In this document: one piece after another, positions 56,338 to 64,000 of the stretch
Layout of the letters: each line of letters begins with the position of its first letter
Numbering within the stretch: position 1 is the first letter of the stretch
Origin: Promethearchaeia archaeon
GTDB taxonomy: Archaea > Asgardarchaeota > Lokiarchaeia > Sigyniarchaeales > SOKP01
Assembly: GCA_029856145.1 (NCBI GenBank)
Contig: JAHQWK010000001.1
Span: 480,001 to 544,000 of the forward strand
Length of the DNA: 64,000 bases
Direction of reading: 5' to 3'
Made by a program: the position numbers and the translations under genes
The notes under the pieces: generated by a model
What the model saw: only the letters and a program-made list of their open reading frames with translations
What the model was told of the DNA's origin: nothing
Databases searched by the model: none

Positions 56338-58638
56338 ATGCGAAATTGGGTAAAATATTTTTTTTATCTAGTACCTTTTATATTTTTTTTAAGTGGTGGT
56401 ATTTATTGGGGTACCCAAATAATAGTTTATCTAAACGAAGTGAATATCAATTTAACGTATTTTTTATTTAATTGGATAAATTTTACTGATGAATATCTGT
56501 TAAATATCAATAGTTTCTTTCTCTTATCTATTGGATGTTGTTTTTGGATAATAATAATTTTCTATATTCTAAAAAACAAGACTACACAATTTAGAGGCAT
56601 CATTAAATCTATCATTTTATTTAATCTTTTTTGGTTTAATTTAATAATATTTGCCTGGATTGCTGGTATAACTTCATACTGGGATTTTTGGTTCATAGTC
56701 CATATTTTCATTCTATTTTGGATTAGTATAGGTATACTATTTTCTATTTTAGTTATCTTATTTTCTTTATCATCGGTGATAAAATCCAAATTTTATACTA
56801 GATTTCATAGATTACCCAATGTAAAATTTGTATATTTATTGGATAAGTATGAGTCTGGTCTTTTGATATTTATACAGTTTGCATTAGGACTTTATTTAAG
56901 TATAGCTGATATAACTTACCCAACCAGAATCCATGAATATAACGCTGTTTTAACCCCCCTAATTATTATAATCTCCACAATTATTGCTGTTGATTTGCTT
57001 TTCTTATTTAATTTCATTTTATCAACAAAGAAAGATAAGTATATTCTTACTACAAAAGAAAAAGAACAATTTTATCAAAATCGATTGAGCTATATTTTAA
57101 ATCACGCGAAAAGAGTAATTGCTAAGAAAAGTCTAAGATATTCAGAGAAATCGCTTGATGGAATTATAAAATTTTTGGAGGAAGGACTACATTATTTTAA
57201 AAGTGCAAAAAGTGAGCAAGATAATATCTTATTGAGGGATCTTAAATTATCATTAATATATGCTTATGAAAGGAGGGGAAAAATGCATGAATCAAATGCA
57301 TTAAGAGTTTATAAAAAACTTATGCTGTTTCAAGCTCAAAGTGAATGGAACTTCGCTATAAATGATTTTGAAGCATGCTTAAAATTAAATAAATTAGAAA
57401 ATCTCAACAATTCTATGGAATATTTGGAGCAGAGAATTTCGAACATGAAAGATCTATTAAAGAAACATGAAATTGAAATCAAGATTATAGAAATTGATAA
57501 GGGCTTAAAACAAGTTAAGAGTATACAAAAAAAAGATTTATCAAAAGCTATTGAATTAATAAATAATATTATTGCATCATATTCAGAAGTTAAAGAGAAA
57601 ACAGAAGAGTCTTATGAATTTAAGGATATCATAGATAATTTAGAGTCAAAGATTCAAAATGCTCAATTTTTACGATCCCACATTCAGGAAAAAAGAGATG
57701 ATTATATAGGTTTAAAGAAAATTCCAACTATTCTCAAAGAAGGAGATCAAGATAGTATCTTATCAATTATTCGAGAGTATGAATTTATTGGCGGTCAAAT
57801 TAGGTTTAAAATAGGAGTAGTAAATAATACCAGTTTCACATTTACTAATTTAAGACTTGCTTTTGATCTCCCTATAGCATTAAAGTGGATTGTCCATGAA
57901 CCAAATTATGAACGTAAGGGAGATAGCCTTCTTATTTCCAAATTAGGCGCTCATGAAAAACAAGCAGTATCACTATATCTCGAACCTGTTAATTGTATGG
58001 AGAGTTCAGTGAATGTCACTGTAAGCTTCTTTGATGCAAAAGAGAAACCACACGCAATACCTATGAAACCTAAAATGATTGCTATATCTTGTCCAATATT
58101 CTTCACTGAAGATGAAGCAAATTTAGCAAGAGTTAAGAGTCTCATTCATTCACTTGCTAATCGTGATAAAAAAGTCTTCCCTATTGCAGATCCCAAAAAA
58201 GGAAATTTAATTTTTTCATCAATTTTATCTGTTCTTGGTAAATTTGACATAAAACTGGTTAATAAAGAATTTGATGAAGAAATTAATTTCGGTGAAGCTT
58301 GGTTTTATGGGATAACTAAAGTGAAAAAACATAGAATCATTCCTTATGTAATGTTAGATAATGAAAATAAAGTGTTAGAATTGGAAGTTTCTGGTGATGA
58401 TGCTGAACAAATAACCGCTTTTCTTGCTGAAGTGAGCGATCGTGTGAGAAAACAATTAATCCGCGATAAAGTAATAAAGCCCGAAGAAAAATTTTATGAT
58501 ATGAGAATTACCGTAATATCAAATTTTTGTCCTTACTGTTATACATTAATCTCAAGTGATTTAGTTCAGAGATTTCTGAAAGGCGAATCGATTCAATGTA
58601 AAAATTGCTATGCGTCCATAAATTTAGATGAACGTTAA
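56338..58638 (+). CDS. Multi-TM protein with a TPR-like helical region, appendage-like module and Zn ribbon (paralog 2)
   Basis: Same architecture; REYEFIGGQIRFKIG and CPYC...CKNC. Confidence 0.75.
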   Translation: MRNWVKYFFYLVPFIFFLSGGIYWGTQIIVYLNEVNINLTYFLFNWINFTDEYLLNINSFFLLSIGCCFWIIIIFYILKNKTTQFRGIIKSIILFNLFWFNLIIFAWIAGITSYWDFWFIVHIFILFWISIGILFSILVILFSLSSVIKSKFYTRFHRLPNVKFVYLLDKYESGLLIFIQFALGLYLSIADITYPTRIHEYNAVLTPLIIIISTIIAVDLLFLFNFILSTKKDKYILTTKEKEQFYQNRLSYILNHAKRVIAKKSLRYSEKSLDGIIKFLEEGLHYFKSAKSEQDNILLRDLKLSLIYAYERRGKMHESNALRVYKKLMLFQAQSEWNFAINDFEACLKLNKLENLNNSMEYLEQRISNMKDLLKKHEIEIKIIEIDKGLKQVKSIQKKDLSKAIELINNIIASYSEVKEKTEESYEFKDIIDNLESKIQNAQFLRSHIQEKRDDYIGLKKIPTILKEGDQDSILSIIREYEFIGGQIRFKIGVVNNTSFTFTNLRLAFDLPIALKWIVHEPNYERKGDSLLISKLGAHEKQAVSLYLEPVNCMESSVNVTVSFFDAKEKPHAIPMKPKMIAISCPIFFTEDEANLARVKSLIHSLANRDKKVFPIADPKKGNLIFSSILSVLGKFDIKLVNKEFDEEINFGEAWFYGITKVKKHRIIPYVMLDNENKVLELEVSGDDAEQITAFLAEVSDRVRKQLIRDKVIKPEEKFYDMRITVISNFCPYCYTLISSDLVQRFLKGESIQCKNCYASINLDER

Positions 58639-58699
58639 AGGATAATTAGATTTTTGTAAAAAACAAAAAATTTTTTTACAATGCTTCTTTTAATAGATT

Positions 58700-58900
58700 A
58701 TGATTATACCCATTCGCTGTTTTTCATGTGGTAAGCTCATCGCTCATGTTTATAAACCATATTTGGAACTCTTAGAAAAAGGTGAATCTTCCGAAAAAGC
58801 CTTTAAAGAGTTAGGAATTGAACGTTTCTGCTGTAAACGTATGATTGTAAGTCATGTGGACTTGATTGATGAATTACTTAAATTTCCACGCTTACAATAG
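58700..58900 (+). CDS. rpo10: RNA polymerase subunit N (Rpo10)
   Basis: MIIPIRCFSCGK and RFCCKRM. Confidence 0.96.
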   Translation: MIIPIRCFSCGKLIAHVYKPYLELLEKGESSEKAFKELGIERFCCKRMIVSHVDLIDELLKFPRLQ

Positions 58901-59051
58901 ACAAAATATCTTTTTAATTATTAGAAAAAAGTAACTAGAACTAAAATCTCGCCTTCAATAATATATTGACATTTGTTAAAATTTAAAGATATCTTTAAAT
59001 TTACATTTATACCTTTATTATCAAAAGAAAATTTATCATTTTTTTTTACAT

Positions 59052-60545
59052 ATGAGAAATCCAAGAATTTTGAATTTTTATATTCTTTTTCTAATATTTA
59101 ATCTAAATTTAATAATACAAACAATACCATCATCTTCTTATGAGTCTGAATTAAAACCAACTTCAAATAATTCTGACTCCTGGGGTAGAATAATTAATCC
59201 AAATCAAAAAATATATTATCCCACTATGAGATTTATAAATGATAATATATATATTGCTGGACATATGAATTACAACTCCTATTATGCAATATACACAACA
59301 AAGTATAATAGTTCAGGAGTAAAACTATGGGAAAAAATTTGGGATTCATCAGTATTTGACAATTTGAAGGGATTTGAGATTGATTCGGCAGAAAATGTCT
59401 ATATATTAGGTACCACATCAAGTCTGGGTTCTGGTCAGCAACCCGAGAGTATTTTTCTATTGAAGTACTCTAATTCAGGAGAGTTTCTATGGTATAAGAT
59501 TTTAAATTCATCCTATTCCTGTGATGCTTACTCAATCAAATTAGATTTAAATGATTCAATCTATATCTCTGGTGGGGGATGGAGTCCTGACATCGAATAT
59601 AATTTTCTAGTGAAGTTGAATAGTTCAGGGAATATTATGTGGTATCGTAATTTAACTTTTAGCCTTCAAAAAATACAAATAGACACTAAGAATAACATTT
59701 ATGGATGTGAAGCCAACTTTATTAATAAATATAATAGCTCTGGATCTAAATTATGGTCTAAAGAATTGGGAGAGTTTTATTATGCATCTTCATTGGAATT
59801 AGATTCAAATGAAAATATCATACTAACGGGATATTATGGTGTAACTCATTGGATTTTAAAATACAATAATTCAGGTATTTTTATGAATAAATTAGAATTT
59901 ACAATTTTAGATTATGATTGGTGGGTTGGTTGGTGTCAAACATGGCTCATTGGAGATAATTTTTATATTTTTATAGATTATCCCTATTCTCCAAATTCTT
60001 GTTTATTAAAATATAATTCTACTCTCCATATTAAGTGGAATGTATCTTTAAATGACCATTTCGTTACTCCTTATTGGAATTCAATAATTTTGGCTATTGG
60101 GATTGATTCTCATGAAAATATCATAATTCTTTATAATAATCCGAGGGGTAATTATACAAGTGAAATTAGCAAGGAAAAATACCATGCTGAAGATATTTCG
60201 GTTTTAAAACTTAATAGTTCAGGTGAAATATTATCTCATTACTACTGGGGTGGATCTTATCATGATGAGCCGATTCAAATGTTAATAGATCCTCTAAATA
60301 ATATGTATTTATTATGTACTTCTACGTATGTGGATATTTGGAATATACATAGAGATCGAATTGTCTTAGTAAAAAATCCTGAAATTAATGGAACGCCTCC
60401 TCAATTAAAATTATTTGGTAAATACGATTATTATATATTTTCATTAATGGGAGTCATGAGTGTTATATCCATTATTCTTTTAATCTCAATTATTAAACCA
60501 AAATTAAATAGAATTTTTGAGAAGAAAAAATCATTTCTACGCTAA
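59052..60545 (+). CDS. Cell-surface beta-propeller (SBBP-like repeats) with a signal peptide and C-terminal TM anchor
   Basis: Repeated D..NIYI.G...LLKYNSSG..LW motif and hydrophobic termini. Confidence 0.8.
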   Translation: MRNPRILNFYILFLIFNLNLIIQTIPSSSYESELKPTSNNSDSWGRIINPNQKIYYPTMRFINDNIYIAGHMNYNSYYAIYTTKYNSSGVKLWEKIWDSSVFDNLKGFEIDSAENVYILGTTSSLGSGQQPESIFLLKYSNSGEFLWYKILNSSYSCDAYSIKLDLNDSIYISGGGWSPDIEYNFLVKLNSSGNIMWYRNLTFSLQKIQIDTKNNIYGCEANFINKYNSSGSKLWSKELGEFYYASSLELDSNENIILTGYYGVTHWILKYNNSGIFMNKLEFTILDYDWWVGWCQTWLIGDNFYIFIDYPYSPNSCLLKYNSTLHIKWNVSLNDHFVTPYWNSIILAIGIDSHENIIILYNNPRGNYTSEISKEKYHAEDISVLKLNSSGEILSHYYWGGSYHDEPIQMLIDPLNNMYLLCTSTYVDIWNIHRDRIVLVKNPEINGTPPQLKLFGKYDYYIFSLMGVMSVISIILLISIIKPKLNRIFEKKKSFLR

Positions 60546-61064
60546 GAGAGTAAATGGAGGTACAAAGGCTAATAATCCTACTAAAAATGATAAAAAATTA
60601 GCTTCAATTGAACCAATTAAAATCTTTTTTGATACAAATCTCTGTGGATTTGAAAAAATCTCAAGAGATTTGATTAGATTTTCAAATTTAATTTTTAATA
60701 ATCCCCATTCAATATTTATAACGAGAAGTTCAATTATGATAATATATATCCAAAAGTATAATTCTGCATATACATAAATAATATAAGCAAGAATTTGTGT
60801 AATTGGAAAAGTTATAAAATTAACTTTATAACAAGATTTCAATAAAATTCGCCGTTCGAACTTCTCAATTTTAAAATTTAATATAAAAACTCCATATTCA
60901 ATAGTAGTGCCTAAAAAGAAGATAAAAAATATGAATATTGACCTCAATATTGGATTTTCTACTGGGTACCAAAAAACTATTCCATCAGCGTGTACTTCAT
61001 TGATAAAAAAACATGAAAGTAAAATGAAAATATAAAAAATATAAATGTAAAATCGCCGCTTCAT
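60537..61064 (-). CDS. Hypothetical membrane protein
   Basis: Five hydrophobic spans with intramembrane E/N residues (IEY, N.IT.P, IE...IE, AN..SF). Confidence 0.7.
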   Translation of the reverse strand: MKRRFYIYIFYIFILLSCFFINEVHADGIVFWYPVENPILRSIFIFFIFFLGTTIEYGVFILNFKIEKFERRILLKSCYKVNFITFPITQILAYIIYVYAELYFWIYIIIIELLVINIEWGLLKIKFENLIKSLEIFSNPQRFVSKKILIGSIEANFLSFLVGLLAFVPPFTLLA

Positions 61065-61243
61065 AAATCCTAGTTAGATAAGTGATTTTATAAGGTTTTG
61101 TACTAGTTTTTTTATTAAATTTAATTTCAAATCAAGAAATTGTAATTATAGCTTGAAAAGTAGATATTAAATAATTAAGTCTTCGCTTACAATAAATTAG
61201 ATAACTTGTTAAACGTTAGAAAGAGAAAATTCGAATAAAAAAA

Positions 61244-61426
61244 TTATTGTTTCCCGTAGTGTGCGGTCCATCTTGTTCTTCTTGCTTTTTTCTTATGTAC
61301 CACCATCGTTTTTCTACACTTATTACTACAAAAAGTTAATATTCTTCCATCATTTCTAATCATCATCACTCCCCTTCCAATAGGGATATCATAACCGCAA
61401 AAACTACACTTTTTTACCTTAACCAT
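61244..61426 (-). CDS. rpl24e: 50S ribosomal protein eL24
   Basis: CSFCG.DI..G.G and FCS.KC...WT. Confidence 0.95.
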   Translation of the reverse strand: MVKVKKCSFCGYDIPIGRGVMMIRNDGRILTFCSNKCRKTMVVHKKKARRTRWTAHYGKQ

Positions 61427-61454
61427 AAAAGATCATCATAGAATTTGTTTAATT

Positions 61455-61853
61455 TCATTCCTTCTTAAATAGTTTAGCTTCTCCGTATTTTACAACCTTC
61501 AAATTAATCAATGTCATATCATGTGTTACTTCATTACCGCGAACCGTTCTCCTCCTCTTTTCACCCTTCCGTTTAGGTTTATAACCAATGCCTCTTTTTG
61601 AAACCAGAATCTTTTTTTTAACTGGCCCATGGACACCTTTTCTCATCGGAAATCCGCTTGAATCGCTGCCCCCGGTAATTTGAAATTCATAATTTGGAAA
61701 TCCTATAACTCCCCCCTTGATGATGTCTCCGATTTTCATCCCTTCAAATCGAAATTTCTTCTCATCAATCTCAATTACCTTAGATAATCCTTTTCCGGGA
61801 CCTTCGTTTCCACCACTAATGTTCAATTTATAGACTATTTTTTCAGAACTCAC
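61455..61853 (-). CDS. rps6e: 30S ribosomal protein eS6
   Basis: ITGGSD.SGFPMR.GV.G and GE.RR.TVRGN. Confidence 0.95.
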   Translation of the reverse strand: MSSEKIVYKLNISGGNEGPGKGLSKVIEIDEKKFRFEGMKIGDIIKGGVIGFPNYEFQITGGSDSSGFPMRKGVHGPVKKKILVSKRGIGYKPKRKGEKRRRTVRGNEVTHDMTLINLKVVKYGEAKLFKKE

Positions 61854-62150
61854 GATACATCAATATCGAACTTAAAAAAGCAAGATTAACTTCTAAAATG
61901 TATATTTTCATAAAAATTTTATGGAATGTCCTATGGAAAGAATAAGTAAAAAAGTGGCTCTCAAATTAGAATTTATTTTACGATGCAAAAATCAAATTTA
62001 TATTCTTAATTAGTTCCATTGTTTTAAGTCAGGAGATTACCATTAGTATAGTTATATTAATCAGATTATTAATTTGATAATAAAATCAATCAAAATTGAA
62101 AGCCATGAAGTTAATCATATAATCTTAAAGGAAAAGTGATATTCAAAAAC

Positions 62151-62179
62151 TTGGTCAATATTGGACAAAAATTTATATA
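62151..62179 (+). promoter_or_regulatory. Imperfect palindrome TTG-GT-CAATATTG-GA-CAA abutting the BRE/TATA of the SBP gene
   Basis: Palindrome at 62151-62168 and TTTATATA at 62172-62179. Confidence 0.45.
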
Positions 62180-62239
62180 CAACTAATAAGAGAATATCTA
62201 ATGATTCAAGAGAAAACCAAATAAATAACAATTCTCAAT

Positions 62240-63979
62240 ATGAAAATGGAAAGGAAAAAGTTAGTGGTATATATTTTAATAGTATTATTCGTTGTTCTTG
62301 GTGTTGTAAACATTCTTAATGCTATGATGTATATCTATTTTGTTCCTGATTTGAAAGTTCTTAAAGTAGCAAGAACCGTCAACCCTGTTACCATGGACCC
62401 ATGTGATTCTTGGGATAATGTGTCAAACAATATGCTTGATCAAGTTGTAGAAACCCTAATTGCGTATAATTTATCTGACCCCACCTTTCCACTTATTGGG
62501 AGGCTTGCGGAATCGTGGTACTGGAGTGATAATGTATCATTAACATTCAAACTCCGAGAAAACGTATTCTTCCATGACGGTTCTAAATTTACTGCTGATT
62601 GCGTTTTACATTCTATCGAAAGAATTAATTTTTTCGGGAATGCGACCGGCACTTTAACAGATCCCCATCATATGGCGGCTCCACACTCTCTTTACAAATT
62701 TGCTGATGGAACACCCATCTTTAATGAGACCCTCAGTTTCATTACAGCTGATTTAAATGTTACTCTTGTGCTAAATCGTCCCTTTGGTCCTGTTGAAGGA
62801 TTATTGACCTATACAGCAAGTTCAATAGTCCATCCTGATTCTACTCCGGTCAATGAAATGTTAGTTCTTGGTGAAGACCTAGTCGTTGGAACAGGGCCAT
62901 TCAAATTAGTTTCTTATGTACCAAATTGGGAGGTTAAGTTTAAGCGTTGGGATAGATATTGGGATGAACCCGCTTATTGGAATGAAATCGTCTATGTCTA
63001 TTATGAAGATGCTGTCAACGTTAATACTGCTATGTTGGTTGGAGATATTGACTACTTAGGGCAGGGTATTGCAGCACTAAAAGAAATTTTTGAAAATAGT
63101 TCTAATATCACGGTTACTGGAGATGGAGTTCATGACTCTATCAATGGCTCTACCTATAACTATGTTCTATTTAAATCAGAATGGATAAATCATACTTGGA
63201 GAAAGGCGATTTGCCATGCGTTTAATTATTCCTATCTTATCCATAATCTCCTGGAAGACACCATTGTGAGAGCCCATTCATTAGTTCCTCCTGGATTTCC
63301 TGCGTATAATTCTTCCATGTTAGGTGGAACATATAATATTCCTTATGCCAGACAACTCATGCAGAGTATGGGTTATGGTTATACGGGTGGTGTTCCTTGG
63401 GATATAGGGTCTCAGATTGGAGATGTATTCATTCCTGGTGCGGATGAAAATCTATGGAAAGCAGCAGAATTTATACCAAATGTAGGAAACTTCTCTGATA
63501 ATTTATGGAATTTCTATCATCGACCAGGTAGCTATTTCTTGGAATCCCTCATACAACAATTTGAACATGATATGGATTTAATTGGAATTAAGGTAGGACC
63601 ATGCTTTTACTCGTGGGGAGAATGGCCTATACCACAAGACTTTTGGGAAAGAATCCACTTATGTTGGTTAAGCAGATATCCTGATTATTTTGAAACTTTC
63701 AACAGGATTGATTCATTAATCAACCCAGAATCTTCCCTCGATATCCATAAAATTGATAATGCTGAAATCAATGCTCTTTTAGCCACTACTATAGCTGAAA
63801 CTGATACTTTTAAGCGGTATGAATATTATGAGAAACTTCAATATTTAATTCATGACAAGTACTACTATCATATGCCTTTGTTTTATGATAAGCTCTACTA
63901 TGTCCATGCTGCCAGCTTGAAAGGATTTCCATATAATTGTATGAGGAATTTATACTGGTATCCAACTTATCGTGAATAA
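62240..63979 (+). CDS. ABC transporter family-5 (oligopeptide/nickel-type) substrate-binding protein
   Basis: LAESW, F.LRENV.FHDGS.FTAD.V, GTGPFKL and RKAI.HAFN, with an N-terminal TM anchor. Confidence 0.92.
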   Translation: MKMERKKLVVYILIVLFVVLGVVNILNAMMYIYFVPDLKVLKVARTVNPVTMDPCDSWDNVSNNMLDQVVETLIAYNLSDPTFPLIGRLAESWYWSDNVSLTFKLRENVFFHDGSKFTADCVLHSIERINFFGNATGTLTDPHHMAAPHSLYKFADGTPIFNETLSFITADLNVTLVLNRPFGPVEGLLTYTASSIVHPDSTPVNEMLVLGEDLVVGTGPFKLVSYVPNWEVKFKRWDRYWDEPAYWNEIVYVYYEDAVNVNTAMLVGDIDYLGQGIAALKEIFENSSNITVTGDGVHDSINGSTYNYVLFKSEWINHTWRKAICHAFNYSYLIHNLLEDTIVRAHSLVPPGFPAYNSSMLGGTYNIPYARQLMQSMGYGYTGGVPWDIGSQIGDVFIPGADENLWKAAEFIPNVGNFSDNLWNFYHRPGSYFLESLIQQFEHDMDLIGIKVGPCFYSWGEWPIPQDFWERIHLCWLSRYPDYFETFNRIDSLINPESSLDIHKIDNAEINALLATTIAETDTFKRYEYYEKLQYLIHDKYYYHMPLFYDKLYYVHAASLKGFPYNCMRNLYWYPTYRE

Positions 63980-64000
63980 GACATATAGAAATGAGATATT

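Noticed and set aside
59052-60545. Beta-propeller as a protocoatomer partner of the neighbouring appendage-domain proteins
   Set aside because: Its signal peptide, C-terminal TM anchor and many N-x-S/T sequons indicate an extracellular surface protein, on the wrong side of the membrane for a coat.
2240-62652. Short antisense or out-of-frame ORFs in the track (e.g. 2240-2524, 2924-3217, 28477-28716, 42499-42744, 44155-44499, 55630-56133, 62440-62652)
   Set aside because: They overlap well-supported genes, lack motifs and have the composition of shadow ORFs.
1-64000. Selenocysteine or pyrrolysine read-through genes and SECIS elements
   Set aside because: The TGA-ending ORFs I checked end at natural protein termini with no homologous continuation, and I saw no selenoprotein family.
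1-64000. tRNA, rRNA, CRISPR arrays, transposases or integrases
   Set aside because: Intergenic regions are short and AT-rich, with no GC-rich cloverleaf, regular repeat-spacer pattern or recombinase motif. A covariance-model scan would be needed to exclude small RNAs.

Overview
AT-rich, gene-dense archaeal chromosomal segment that looks like Asgard archaea (Lokiarchaeia-like). The assignment rests on archaeal informational genes (class I CCA enzyme, EF-2-like GTPase, Taw1, TFB, rpo7-spt4-DPCK-eS24-eS31-kae1-bud32, eL8/L7Ae-eS28, rpo10, eS6-eL24) mixed with eukaryotic-signature proteins (three Rab-like and one Arf/Rag-like GTPase, two Roadblock/LC7 proteins, a gelsolin-domain protein, HEAT/TPR solenoids). 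I recognised no rRNA, tRNA, CRISPR array or mobile element. The strongest leads are: (1) a CoA-transferase-GNAT fusion whose catalytic Glu is replaced by His, head-to-head with acetyl-CoA synthetase, a candidate new acyl-CoA-sensing Pat-type acetylation switch; (2) two tandem membrane-integral proteins ending in an adaptin/coatomer-appendage-like module plus a Zn ribbon; (3) an L7Ae gene that appears to start at ATT behind a K-turn-like hairpin that covers its Shine-Dalgarno; (4) a 1242-aa pseudo-GTPase/solenoid protein; (5) a duplicated pair of claudin-like tetraspan proteins; (6) a divergent EF-2 lacking the diphthamide HRG motif; (7) a Taw1 with an inserted winged helix. All family calls are motif recognition by eye. 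No searches or structure predictions were run.
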